Source of the DNA: a bacterium
Lineage (GTDB): Bacteria; Patescibacteriota; Minisyncoccia; Phycocordibacterales; UBA918
DNA length: 64,000 nucleotides
Reading direction: 5' to 3'
Assembly (NCBI GenBank): GCA_043719295.1
Contig: JAYSUD010000007.1
Coordinates: forward strand, 891 to 64,890
The first letter of the stretch is position 1. The number at the start of each line of letters is the position of its first letter. This document shows, piece by piece, positions 17,926-28,399 of this stretch. The position numbers were made by a program, and so were the translations under genes. Under the pieces are notes generated by a model. That model had not been told where the DNA came from. It worked only from the letters and a program-made list of their open reading frames with translations, and did not search any database.

Positions 17926-18732
17926 ATGGGATACTGTATATATTGCGATAGCAAAAGTGAACTTACTGACGAACATATCATCCCTCATGGTTTAGGAGGA
18001 AAGCTGATTCTTAAGGACTCGAGCTGTAAAACATGTGCGATTGAGACGAGTCGTCTAGAAGATGCTTTACTCAGGGGTCATTGGGCTAGCGCAAGAAAGC
18101 ACTTAAACATGCCAAGCAGACATAAAAGGAGAAACGAAGGAAATCCTACGATGGCTGAAATAAAAATTATTAGACGTAATGGCATTATCTTATTAGCGCA
18201 AATAAGAGCTGACGAAGCAAATTTTTTGCTTTTGCCGTATCTATTCAGATCTGAATTACTACACGAACCAATATTAGAGGGTATCAAACCGTATGCAAAG
18301 AATTTTGGTTTTATCTTCTTAAAAATTAACGGCCCTTCTAAAGCGTACATCAGTGGTAACGAATACAAATTTGACGGAAGTGAAAAGATTGAAAATATAA
18401 TAAATAAATTTGATTCTAACAATATATTTCGTTTCTTGGCTAAAATTGCTCACTCCTATGCCATACACATCTATGGACTCAGTGCATGTAATGAGTATTA
18501 CTTACCGAAAATAATACTAGGGAATGTTACTGAAGCAATGCAGTATATTGGAAATGCTCCAGATGAGATGCAAAATTTAAGATTAGATAAGTGTGATGAT
18601 TTTCATTCATTAAAATCAGAAATATTAGATGGTCACTTGTGTGTATATATCCAACTCTTCAATGTTACCAACTTTACGCCAACACCTATTTATCAAGTTG
18701 TAGTCGGACGTGTGAATGCACAAGGAGACTAA
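17926..18732 (+). CDS. HNH endonuclease-domain protein with ~215-aa C-terminal domain of unknown function
   Basis: CIYCDSKSELTDEHIIPHGLGG…SSCKTCA (Cys4 zinc finger + HNH His); starts 4 nt after tRNA-Ser; very AT-rich. Confidence 0.6.
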   Translation: MGYCIYCDSKSELTDEHIIPHGLGGKLILKDSSCKTCAIETSRLEDALLRGHWASARKHLNMPSRHKRRNEGNPTMAEIKIIRRNGIILLAQIRADEANFLLLPYLFRSELLHEPILEGIKPYAKNFGFIFLKINGPSKAYISGNEYKFDGSEKIENIINKFDSNNIFRFLAKIAHSYAIHIYGLSACNEYYLPKIILGNVTEAMQYIGNAPDEMQNLRLDKCDDFHSLKSEILDGHLCVYIQLFNVTNFTPTPIYQVVVGRVNAQGD

Positions 18733-18807
18733 TGTGCCCCCCTTATCCAATTGCATATTGTAAAACCTCATCAATAAACAACTCCCGAAACTTTTTTTGA
18801 TTTTTTG

Positions 18808-19608
18808 TCACTTTAATCTTTTCTTCTCAAACTTCTTAATCCGTGTTTTTGCTTTCCCAACACCGTCAACCACTGGCAAATTCTCTGGCATAGTACCGCC
18901 AATATTTCTAATAGTGTTCCTCACTTTTTGTCCAACTTCAAAGTGTGCTAGGTTGGCATTACCTTCGCCTTTAATGTTTTCTCTTCGAATTTTTGCGTCA
19001 GTTTGTGTCGCTCGAAATAGATTGGCTGCTAATTCTTCGCTGTTCATATGATCGAGAATTTGCTGAGATGTGCCTAACTTCTTTTTTTCATGAATATCTT
19101 GCATTGTCATTCCACCATACAATCCTTTATAGCCTGCGTTTTGGAAAATTGCATAATTTTGAACACCTGCACCCTTAGCTGTTTTGGTGAGTGACGTATT
19201 ATGCTTTTTTATTTCTTCACGCAGAAAAACTCGTTTGTTATCTTCAACGAGATTATCCGTGTCTTCTTGGCGATGAGTCTGAATGGCAAAGTAAGTTTGT
19301 CCTTTCGCCACGACAACTTTGGTAGGGTTTGAGTTTTGCACAATCAAATAACACGCATAGCGAGACAAATAGACTGTTTCAACGTTCTTTTCCGCTCCTG
19401 AACCAATTGCGACCATATCGGTGGCTTCAACGAAATGGCTGTGGATAACCTCGCCACTATTCTCGCACGCAACCCTTGCTTTACTTATCACGGTTTGAAA
19501 ATTTCGATAATCGGAGTATTCAAGAGCCTTAGCTAGATCACGAGACGACCAATACTCTGCACCTTGGTCGTCCAAACGCTTGATAGTTTCGAACTGATTT
19601 TCTTTCAT
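18808..19608 (-). CDS. dinD: DinD-family (DNA-damage-inducible protein D-like) protein
   Basis: Hallmark blocks EYWSSRDLAKALEYSDYRNFQ, MVAIGSGAEK, LSRYACYLIVQN, GQTYFAIQT, AIFQNAGYKGLYGG, ELAANLFRATQT, TMPENLP collinear with E. coli DinD as recalled. Confidence 0.8.
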   Translation of the reverse strand: MKENQFETIKRLDDQGAEYWSSRDLAKALEYSDYRNFQTVISKARVACENSGEVIHSHFVEATDMVAIGSGAEKNVETVYLSRYACYLIVQNSNPTKVVVAKGQTYFAIQTHRQEDTDNLVEDNKRVFLREEIKKHNTSLTKTAKGAGVQNYAIFQNAGYKGLYGGMTMQDIHEKKKLGTSQQILDHMNSEELAANLFRATQTDAKIRRENIKGEGNANLAHFEVGQKVRNTIRNIGGTMPENLPVVDGVGKAKTRIKKFEKKRLK

Positions 19609-19701
19609 TACTGCAATTTTACCACATTAATATTGCTGCTTCGTTAAAAAAGACCCAAAAATAACATTTTAGACTCGTAAAAAGTGATATACTGTTTGTA
19701 T

Positions 19702-20166
19702 ATGAAAAATACATTAATTATAGGGGCTGTGGTGATCGTGGTTTTGGCCAGTCTATTATTTATGATTAAACCTAAGGAAACTACAACTATCCCAGTTGTT
19801 ACCCCTCCAAACACACAGGAACAAACTGAGGAAAACGTAAATACTGAAAATGGCCGTATTGGAAATCCGGGAACACCGACAGTTCCAACAGGCAAATTAA
19901 AAGCAGACACATTTACAGGAAAACTTGAAAAAGTTGATGTTGGTTGTTTTGCAGATGGTGAATGTTACGTTGAAGTTGATGGAAAACACATCACAGCAAT
20001 CATGGGTTGGAGCCAGGAGACTGTAGGAAGTATCATCGGAGTTGAAGGGTTTGGAGATCTTGAAAAGTATATTGGAAAAAAAGTTGAAGTATATGCACAA
20101 GACAATAGTGACGGAACATACACACTCTACGGAAGTGAAGGATTCTATATCAAGGTGTTAGAATAG
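19702..20166 (+). CDS. Membrane-anchored/secreted hypothetical protein
   Basis: MKNTLIIGAVVIVVLASLLF N-terminal anchor; Thr/Pro-rich linker; Cys pair. Confidence 0.45.
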   Translation: MKNTLIIGAVVIVVLASLLFMIKPKETTTIPVVTPPNTQEQTEENVNTENGRIGNPGTPTVPTGKLKADTFTGKLEKVDVGCFADGECYVEVDGKHITAIMGWSQETVGSIIGVEGFGDLEKYIGKKVEVYAQDNSDGTYTLYGSEGFYIKVLE

Positions 20167-20171
20167 AAAAG

Positions 20172-20543
20172 ATGAACCCAGTGCAGGAAAAATTAATAGA
20201 AAAAGTCCTCCGTATTGGAGTGGCTTTTTCTTTTATCTACCCACCAATTTCTGCTTTCTTTAACCCATACGCATGGGTAGGATACTTCCCTTCATTCCTA
20301 ACTAATTTGAGCTTCATTGATAGTCTGGCACTCTTGCACATCTTTGGTGTCATAGAGCTCTGTATTGGTATTTGGATTATATTTGGAAAACGAATTTTTA
20401 TTCCATCGCTCCTTGCCTCAGTATTTCTTTTTGCAATTATCATATTCAACTTGGCACAAATTGACGTACTGTTCCGTGATATCCCAATCCTCCTTATGGC
20501 ATTACTACTATGCATAATCGACACACAGAAAAAAAGTCTATAG
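20172..20543 (+). CDS. Small integral membrane protein (DoxX-like)
   Basis: Four predicted TM segments; RIGVAFSFIYPPISAFFNPYAW resembles DoxX family start. Confidence 0.45.
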   Translation: MNPVQEKLIEKVLRIGVAFSFIYPPISAFFNPYAWVGYFPSFLTNLSFIDSLALLHIFGVIELCIGIWIIFGKRIFIPSLLASVFLFAIIIFNLAQIDVLFRDIPILLMALLLCIIDTQKKSL

Positions 20544-20591
20544 AGTATGTTCAAAAGTCCGAGGTCGGACCTCCTCACATGCCAAGACAGC

Positions 20592-20632
20592 GGAAGTTGT
20601 ACATAACGCAACTTCCTCTGTTTTGTTGATGG
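20592..20632 (+). terminator. Rho-independent terminator (GGAAGTTG tacataacg CAACTTCC + TCTGTTTTGTTG)
   Basis: 8-bp perfect stem followed by T-rich tract downstream of 20172..20543. Confidence 0.5.
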
Positions 20633-20689
20633 TCATTAATATTTTTTGACGATATAAAAAGGCCTGACTGTTGGATCCGGCCTATCTCC

Positions 20690-20940
20690 TGTTTTCTACA
20701 GCTCATGCGATGGCAAGCACAGAGGCGAGAGCCTCAAGCCCATCCCGACGCATTTTTGAAGTTCCACCGCCCAAGACTGCCAAAGGAAATACAACCTCGA
20801 TCCAGTCGTGCCGTGCCGCGCCCATACCGAATTGATAAAAGTTCACGCTCTTTGGCTGAGGGTAGTTTCTCGAACAAAGGAAGTTCGTCACAGCATTTGC
20901 GACCCCTTCAGCTTTAAGGTCGAATTTGCAGTACCTGTCA
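20690..20940. other. GC-rich (~55-60% by eye) non-coding-looking segment of unknown nature in an AT-rich genome; candidate structured RNA or remnant of foreign DNA
   Basis: ORFs through it on both strands translate to Arg/Pro-rich low-plausibility peptides; strong compositional contrast with flanks. Confidence 0.3.
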
Positions 20941-20942
20941 TT

Positions 20943-21356
20943 TTGACACCTTCTTTATTCGGCCTAATCGCCCATCGACGCGGACTGATATTTCTCACCT
21001 CAATCATCTGTGCTTACTCCCTAAACCCATCAGTCAGCACAATTGCTGTTGATCGGATTGTGCGAGTAGTAAAGCAAATTGGTGAAAAAACGCAAATTGA
21101 AAGTGCAAAGTATAACCTCGAACGTTTTGTATTGTGGTATATACTTATGAACATGGATAATGAAATACGTGAACGCCTTGAAGCGCAAGATTTAAAACTT
21201 GATGCAATTTATGTATCGGTAGAAAAAACAAGAAAATATTTTCAAATAATACTCTGGGGTACACTCGCCACTGTTGTTGTACCACTTATAGGGCTACTTA
21301 TTGGTATTCCAATCTTCCTCAATTCGTATATGAGCCAGATGGAAGGGTTACTTTAA
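20943..21356 (+). CDS. Hypothetical small membrane protein (start uncertain; TTG at 20943 or ATG at 21144)
   Basis: C-terminal half of track ORF 20808..21356 has TM-like segments (WGTLATVVVPLIGLLIGIPIFL); upstream half overlaps GC-rich segment and looks non-coding. Confidence 0.3.
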   Translation: MTPSLFGLIAHRRGLIFLTSIICAYSLNPSVSTIAVDRIVRVVKQIGEKTQIESAKYNLERFVLWYILMNMDNEIRERLEAQDLKLDAIYVSVEKTRKYFQIILWGTLATVVVPLIGLLIGIPIFLNSYMSQMEGLL

Positions 21357-21410
21357 AAATTGAATTGGTAAACATCAAAAAACTGACACCCTGTGTCAGT
21401 TTTTTGATAA

Positions 21411-22310
21411 TTACACATCCATCTCGCGTAAAATCTTGATACGGTCTTGAGCCGGTGGGTGTGTTTGGAAGAGGCTTGAGATTTTTTGCATGATACCTCG
21501 TTTGTCATTTCCAAATGGGTCTGCGATAAATAAGTGTGCAGTAGCGTTATTTGCACGAACCATTGGACGTGATGACGCTGCAATTTTTTCAAGCGCCGAT
21601 GCTAAGCCCTCTGGATAACGGGTCAACATTGCTCCCGACACGTCAGCTAAGTACTCACGCTTTCGTGATATAGCAAGCTGAATCATTTGTGCTGCAATAG
21701 GTGCCAAAATAATCCCTATAACTCCAAGGACCAAGAGGACCACACCTGCTTTATTATCTCTATCCCCTCCTCCCCACATCATTGAACGCATGAGCATGTC
21801 CGCTACAATTGCGACAAATCCTGCAAGCACAACAGCAACTGTAGAAACAAGCATATCTTTATTACCAACGTGTGCAAGTTCGTGAGCCATCACACCTTCT
21901 AACTCAACTCTATTGAGAATCTGTAGCAAACCAGTTGTGGCACACACTACCGCATGCTCAGGATTACGTCCTGTTGCAAAGGCATTTGGCGCAGGATCGT
22001 TCACGACATACACCTTGGGCATCGGTAGCCCGGCTGTAATAGAAAGATTTTCAACAATGTTGATGAGATCACGATGAATGTTGATGTCAGCAGGAACGGC
22101 TCCAGTCATTTTCAATACAAGTTTATCAGAAAACCAATAGCTACCCACATTCATTAATAGTGAAAACACTATCGCAATATACATAATCGACGGATTGCCA
22201 TAAATGGCACTTGCAATGTACCCAATTACCACTATAATCACAAAAAACATCGACATTAACAGCCATGTTTTTCGAATATTACTCCCCTGATGTGTATATA
22301 AAGTTCCCAT
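21411..22310 (-). CDS. htpX: Zinc metalloprotease HtpX (peptidase M48)
   Basis: HELAHVGNKD (HExxH), N-terminal TM helices, conserved M48 downstream Glu region; 299 aa. Confidence 0.85.
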   Translation of the reverse strand: MGTLYTHQGSNIRKTWLLMSMFFVIIVVIGYIASAIYGNPSIMYIAIVFSLLMNVGSYWFSDKLVLKMTGAVPADINIHRDLINIVENLSITAGLPMPKVYVVNDPAPNAFATGRNPEHAVVCATTGLLQILNRVELEGVMAHELAHVGNKDMLVSTVAVVLAGFVAIVADMLMRSMMWGGGDRDNKAGVVLLVLGVIGIILAPIAAQMIQLAISRKREYLADVSGAMLTRYPEGLASALEKIAASSRPMVRANNATAHLFIADPFGNDKRGIMQKISSLFQTHPPAQDRIKILREMDV

Positions 22311-22363
22311 ATATGTTCAGTATACAATACTTCATCTTTTTTAAAAAACAGCTGTACAGGTAA

Positions 22364-24067
22364 CTACCAAGAACCTCCACCACCTCCGCCTCCACCCCCT
22401 CCTGAAGACCCTCCGCCACTACTACCGCTCACTCCCGAAGAAGCTGCGAACGAACTTGAAAATGTACCAATATCACTTGCAAATGAAGTTGCAGAAAAAG
22501 CACCGACGGCTCCACCCTCATACCAAGAAGGGTTTGGAATAGTAATTCCTTCAAATACTTTGGACCATTCTTTTTCTACACCAAACGCAATTGCATACGG
22601 TAGATACTCCATAAATTGTTCTGGACTCTTCTCTGGCGCATTAAAAAACTTGTATCGCTCTTTTTCAGTTACAGAAAGAAAAAGTTTAAAGCCTTTGAGG
22701 TAGTTTAATGTTTCGTACCCTTTTCCAGTACGACGTTCATACATAAATAATAACCCAACAAAAATACAAACTAGGATAAAAATACTAAAGAAAAATATTT
22801 CTGCAGGTACTACCGTAACTATTTCTGCTGTTGCAAAGAAGGATACTAGAGCGATACCTCCGAATAATAGAATCAAAATCTGAACCCACATTCTACTCAG
22901 TTGAAAATAACCTTCTTGATACAAATCAGCCTTAATGTCTTTGCGTAGTTTCGCTAAAAGTACTGCATTTTCTGCTTGTCGCGCTGAATCAGTTTTCAGG
23001 GTAGTGAGTGTAACAATTGAACCAATTTCTGCTTCTTCAGGAAATAGGACTGATAAAATTGTACTAAGGAATGGATTATCCATTTCTTTTTGGAGACGTG
23101 TGAGCTCAAAAATATAGTCACTTGTATCAAAAATTAATAACACTTTTAGCTCTACTTTCTGTATCTTTATAAAGCCTTGTTGTGCGAGGTATATAATGCC
23201 TGCAGTAATATCACGAGCATCAAGTTTTCCATCAAACACTAAGCCTGTATACATAGGTAATACACTTTCATATGGATGGTACTGTGCAACTACTGTTCTA
23301 CGTAACTTGAAGTGAGTACGATATCTGTATGCAGAGATGCCTATAACAAGTACGCATAAAATTCCAAGAACATACCCAATCCAGTTACTTCTAACTTCTT
23401 CATTGATTAATACTGCAACTTGATCTGCGTTTAGTTCTTGCGCAACAGTAAGTCCTGTACCTGGAGTGAGTAGCCCTGTTGTAAACGTACTGCTTGTGGC
23501 AGTTTGTGTATCCATGGTACACCGCGTTGTATCACCATACACGCCCTGATAACAGGTGCGAGTTTCTTTAAGTAATTGCCCTGTTGAATCGGTAACAATC
23601 GCGTTTGCCTTTTCAATTGGTACAAGCCAGTTGTTGCCTGTTACGTTGTAGTACAGCTCTGACCCCTGTTTGCCATACGAAAGCGCTCCATTCAGTTTGA
23701 AACGGAGTGTATACGTGTGTACACCAGATATCGTAACATCGGCACTTCCAATTTTTACCTCAACTTCAGTTCTTTTATCAGTAATTTGATATGGTTCATC
23801 CACACCATCTTTTAAAACCTCGAGGACCTCAATTGCGATAGATCTCTTCTTGTACCATACGGTATTTTTTTGTGGATGTTGTTCTTGAAGTGTGCGGTAT
23901 ATCCCGTGTCTTTCTGTTGCTCCGAAATCATACGTAATTGTTTCTGTAACCACCACCGTTCCATCTTCTTGCACATCAAGGACAGCAGAAAAGTCTGATA
24001 TTTGTTCAGCATGCGCAACTCCAGCTAGGCAGAAGAGTAAGGCAAAACAAAAAACAAGTTTGTACAT
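22364..24067 (-). CDS. DUF2207-family membrane protein with Gly-rich C-terminal tail
   Basis: Signal peptide, large extracytoplasmic domain, three TM helices, C-terminal SGGGSSGGGGGGGGGGSW; classic partner of LemA. Start placed at MYKLVFCF (24067) so that it does not overlap repeat R2. Confidence 0.7.
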   Translation of the reverse strand: MYKLVFCFALLFCLAGVAHAEQISDFSAVLDVQEDGTVVVTETITYDFGATERHGIYRTLQEQHPQKNTVWYKKRSIAIEVLEVLKDGVDEPYQITDKRTEVEVKIGSADVTISGVHTYTLRFKLNGALSYGKQGSELYYNVTGNNWLVPIEKANAIVTDSTGQLLKETRTCYQGVYGDTTRCTMDTQTATSSTFTTGLLTPGTGLTVAQELNADQVAVLINEEVRSNWIGYVLGILCVLVIGISAYRYRTHFKLRRTVVAQYHPYESVLPMYTGLVFDGKLDARDITAGIIYLAQQGFIKIQKVELKVLLIFDTSDYIFELTRLQKEMDNPFLSTILSVLFPEEAEIGSIVTLTTLKTDSARQAENAVLLAKLRKDIKADLYQEGYFQLSRMWVQILILLFGGIALVSFFATAEIVTVVPAEIFFFSIFILVCIFVGLLFMYERRTGKGYETLNYLKGFKLFLSVTEKERYKFFNAPEKSPEQFMEYLPYAIAFGVEKEWSKVFEGITIPNPSWYEGGAVGAFSATSFASDIGTFSSSFAASSGVSGSSGGGSSGGGGGGGGGGSW

Positions 24068-24084
24068 AGAATTAATAGAACTTT

Positions 24085-24194
24085 TAGAAACGTGTACAAT
24101 TCGAGGCGTGCAAGTTAAATATGACGAGGTGTACGCATAGTACATAGAGGAATATTTTACGCAGCACAACGAAGAAGTGTGCCGTTTGTGGAAG
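24085..24194 (+). repeat. Intergenic repeat element copy R2 (5' module + 3' module)
   Basis: …GTGTACAATTCGAGGCGTGCAAG…CAACGAAGAAGTGTGCCGTTTGTGGAAG. Confidence 0.55.
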
Positions 24195-24201
24195 TTCTAA
24201 C

Positions 24202-24579
24202 TTATTTCAAAATCCCCTGCGGTGTCTCATTACTCTTATACGCTCCATCTTCAGACCAAGAAAGAAAGTGACGCTTTGTATAAAATCCTTTTGCTGTGAC
24301 ATTTTCTGTCATTGCATTTTTGATATCTGCCTCACTAAATTCAAGTTGTTTGGTCAATGCATCAAGAACCACCATTAAGTCGGCATATTCTTGAAGGAAC
24401 TCCTCTCTTGAACGAGTGTGTGCAAGAGAACTTGCTTCTTCTCGTACTTTCTTTAGAAGTTCCTGTTGAAATTCTGCATCATCAGTAATCACCCGAATCT
24501 CGCACGCTTCACCTTTAGATTCAATTCGTTCCTTAATATCGTCTCTAACTAATTTATTATAGTAGACTCGATTTGTCAT
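24202..24579 (-). CDS. MazG-like nucleotide pyrophosphohydrolase (putative)
   Basis: 125 aa; EEASSLAHTRSREEFLQEYADLMVVLDAL resembles EExxE/D…D MazG/HisE-type NTP-PPase motifs; moderate. Confidence 0.45.
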   Translation of the reverse strand: MTNRVYYNKLVRDDIKERIESKGEACEIRVITDDAEFQQELLKKVREEASSLAHTRSREEFLQEYADLMVVLDALTKQLEFSEADIKNAMTENVTAKGFYTKRHFLSWSEDGAYKSNETPQGILK

Positions 24580-24590
24580 AGAAAAGTTGA

Positions 24591-25175
24591 TTAAAAACTA
24601 ACTTTCACCGGTTCCCGTTGTTCACTTCCTGCCTCTAGTTCGAAGAATTTTTCTTCTTTAAAGCCAAACATATTCCCAATAACGTTACCAGGGAATGACT
24701 GAAGACCGATAGCAAGATCACGAACGTTACCGTTGTAGAATCGACGTGATGCTTGGATTTTGTTTTCAGTGTCAGAAAGCTCTGTTTGCAACTGTGCGAA
24801 GTTTTGGTTTGCCTTCAAGTCAGGATACGCTTCAGCAATTGCCATAAGCTTACCAAGTGAAGCGCCAAGTGCCTGTTCTGCTCCTGCCATAGCCGCAATT
24901 TGTTCTGCAGTTATGTTTGAAGGATCAACGTGTACTTGCGTTGCTTTTGCCCGCGCATTAGTGACCGAATCAAGCGCTTCACGTTCGTGTGAGGCATATC
25001 CTTTCACTGTTTCGATAAGGTTTGGAATAAGGTCATATCGTCGCTTCAATTGCACATCAATATCTGCCCACGCTTCTTTAGTATTTTGAGTGAGCTTTAC
25101 AAAGTTGTTGTACATCCACACAAACCACACTACTAAAACCCCTGCTACAATCAATACAATAAGTCCTGTGCTCAT
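24591..25175 (-). CDS. lemA: LemA family protein
   Basis: N-terminal TM then YNNFVKLTQNTKEAWADIDVQLKRRYDLIPNLIETVKGYASHE… highly characteristic of LemA. Confidence 0.85.
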   Translation of the reverse strand: MSTGLIVLIVAGVLVVWFVWMYNNFVKLTQNTKEAWADIDVQLKRRYDLIPNLIETVKGYASHEREALDSVTNARAKATQVHVDPSNITAEQIAAMAGAEQALGASLGKLMAIAEAYPDLKANQNFAQLQTELSDTENKIQASRRFYNGNVRDLAIGLQSFPGNVIGNMFGFKEEKFFELEAGSEQREPVKVSF

Positions 25176-25348
25176 AAAATTTAAAATCCTAGTTGTTAAC
25201 TAACCCTCAAATTGTACCATAATTAGATTGAAGTCAAGATGTCAACTAGGAGACAGCACCTAGACAACTATGTTTAGTATGGTTACTATGTGCTATAGAT
25301 ATCCCTGCTCTTTATAACAGGGTTAACTCAACAACATAGGGGGCGACA

Positions 25349-26023
25349 ATGAGCAATAGTGAAGTAGGACGTGTAGAAGAACTGACTCTGATAACACGTA
25401 ACACAGATCTAGCAAAAAGATTTGAATTGCAAGTCGAGACTGAAAACATCAAAGCTTGCAAAGTGAGTGGAATCATACCAGACAAAACATATCAAGGATG
25501 CATCATCTTAGGTCATGACCTTGTTATGCAGTACTTAGACCGTAAACAAACTCTGATTAATGCAAACCGTATTGTTGTCTATCACGAACAGGGTACACCT
25601 GATGATGAGATTAATTTCATAGATTTACCATTTGGCTGCTACGTACGAGGACAACTCTCCTGCCGTTTGCTGGAGATTCGTTTGAGAAACATTCTAAAAA
25701 ACATAGTCACTAGTGATTCTGCTATAGAAGATGCCTTTCTTACTTGTAATGGGTTCAGCTTTTATCCAGAACGTGCAAAGCTTTACTTTAAGGATGGAGA
25801 GATTGCTCTAACTGTCAAAGAAATAGGTGTTCTTCGTCTCTTGATGTCATCGAAAGGAGCTATTATCAGTCGCGATCGGTTCTTAGATGCGATATATCCA
25901 GATGACAACATCTTACCTCGGACAGTCGACTGTATAATAAAAAAGCTGCGTGCCAAAATACGCAAAATTAGTGATGTCGAACATATTGAGACAATCTATG
26001 GCATAGGATATAGAATGGAATAG
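25349..26023 (+). CDS. OmpR/PhoB-type winged-helix transcriptional regulator with atypical (non-canonical receiver-like) N-terminal domain
   Basis: C-terminal trans_reg_C pattern (…SRDRFLDAIYPDD…RTVDCIIKKLRAKI…IETIYGIGYRM); N-terminal ~120 aa lacks DD/D/K receiver residues in canonical positions; no histidine kinase nearby. Confidence 0.65.
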   Translation: MSNSEVGRVEELTLITRNTDLAKRFELQVETENIKACKVSGIIPDKTYQGCIILGHDLVMQYLDRKQTLINANRIVVYHEQGTPDDEINFIDLPFGCYVRGQLSCRLLEIRLRNILKNIVTSDSAIEDAFLTCNGFSFYPERAKLYFKDGEIALTVKEIGVLRLLMSSKGAIISRDRFLDAIYPDDNILPRTVDCIIKKLRAKIRKISDVEHIETIYGIGYRME

Positions 26024-26052
26024 TTCATCTCTCTATCGTTAAGGTCAAACAA

Positions 26053-26091
26053 CCGCCATGCCGAATCACTTCGGCATGGCGGGTTTACTTT
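26053..26091 (+). terminator. Strong rho-independent terminator (13-bp stem CCGCCATGCCGAA tcac TTCGGCATGGCGG + GTTTACTTT)
   Basis: Read directly 30 nt after regulator stop. Confidence 0.6.
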
Positions 26092-26190
26092 ATACAGATT
26101 TTTTTAATTACACGATATTGATTTTCATATTAAAAAAGAACAATACTCGTGTATTGTTCTTTTTTAATCTTTTATACAATAAAAGCTCAT

Positions 26191-26290
26191 AAATCGAAGT
26201 GGGTACGAGGCGCACAAAGAAATTTTTACGAACCCTACATGCTGTAGGTCGAGTGAAAATTTACTGCAGCACAACGAAGTAACCGACCGA
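26191..26290 (+). repeat. Intergenic repeat element copy R3 (degenerate 3' module) between convergent regulator and groEL
   Basis: …GGGTACGAGGCGCACAAAGAAATTTTTACGAACCCTACATGCTGTAGGTCGAGTGAAAATTTACTGCAGCACAACGAAG…. Confidence 0.45.
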
Positions 26291-26304
26291 TTTTAAGTTT
26301 TTAT

Positions 26305-27957
<1,653 letters not shown>

Positions 27958-28087
27958 TTATGAGCTTGCGAATTTAGAAAATATGGTCCGCCTTTTGTTT
28001 CAAACAATCCTTTGTTTGAAACATTCGGCGGGACTCTCTATCTTTAGTCCGCAAACTAAAATTACATTAATAAATTATAATAAACAT

Positions 28088-28399
28088 CTACCCCAACACC
28101 GCCAAGATACTCGATTCTGAAACGATAAAAAAGACTTCTTCGTCAACTTTTACTTCATCATAGCCGTACTTTGAAAAGAAAACTCGGTCACCTGCTTTCA
28201 CTTCCATAGGAATCCGCTTAACGCCATCTTCGTCCCATTTTCCAGCTCCAACAGACACAATGATTCCCTGTTCTGGTTTTTCCTTGCTCACTGAATCGGG
28301 AATAATAATGCCTGAGTGCGATACCGTCCCTGCTTCAACGTCGGTAAGCCGTCGTACCACACATCGATCAGCTAACGGTTTGATGTTAATTTCTGACAT
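28088..28399 (-). CDS. groS: Co-chaperonin GroES (10 kDa)
   Basis: IKPLADRCVVRRL…GIIIPDS…GIIVSVGAG; 103 aa, immediately upstream of groL. Confidence 0.9.
   Translation of the reverse strand: MSEINIKPLADRCVVRRLTDVEAGTVSHSGIIIPDSVSKEKPEQGIIVSVGAGKWDEDGVKRIPMEVKAGDRVFFSKYGYDEVKVDEEVFFIVSESSILAVLG

Noticed and set aside
17836-19683. Classical integrase-bearing genomic island at tRNA-Ser
   Set aside because: There is no integrase/recombinase ORF, and I could not see a direct repeat of the tRNA 3' end downstream. It is described only as a tRNA-adjacent islet.
20703-20917. ORFs 20703..20891(-) and 20705..20917(+) in the GC-rich segment
   Set aside because: Both translations are Arg/Pro/Gln-rich with no motif. 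Mutually overlapping ORFs on both strands are typical of GC-rich non-coding sequence.
20690-20940. Identification of the GC-rich segment as RNase P RNA, tmRNA, SRP RNA or a common riboswitch
   Set aside because: I could not find the conserved cores (GGAAAGUCCGGGC / ACAGAAccCGGCUUA, tmRNA GGGG…UUCGAC plus tag ORF and T-loop, SRP GGUGCUGUUUACCAGG…, TPP CUGAGA/ACCCUUUGAACCUGAUC) on either strand. It is left unassigned.
22364-24169. Long N-terminal extension of DUF2207 ORF (MCCVKYSSMYYAYTSSYL…)
   Set aside because: The extension overlaps repeat copy R2 and lacks a signal peptide. The internal Met (MYKLVFCFALLFCLAGVAHA) gives a proper signal peptide.
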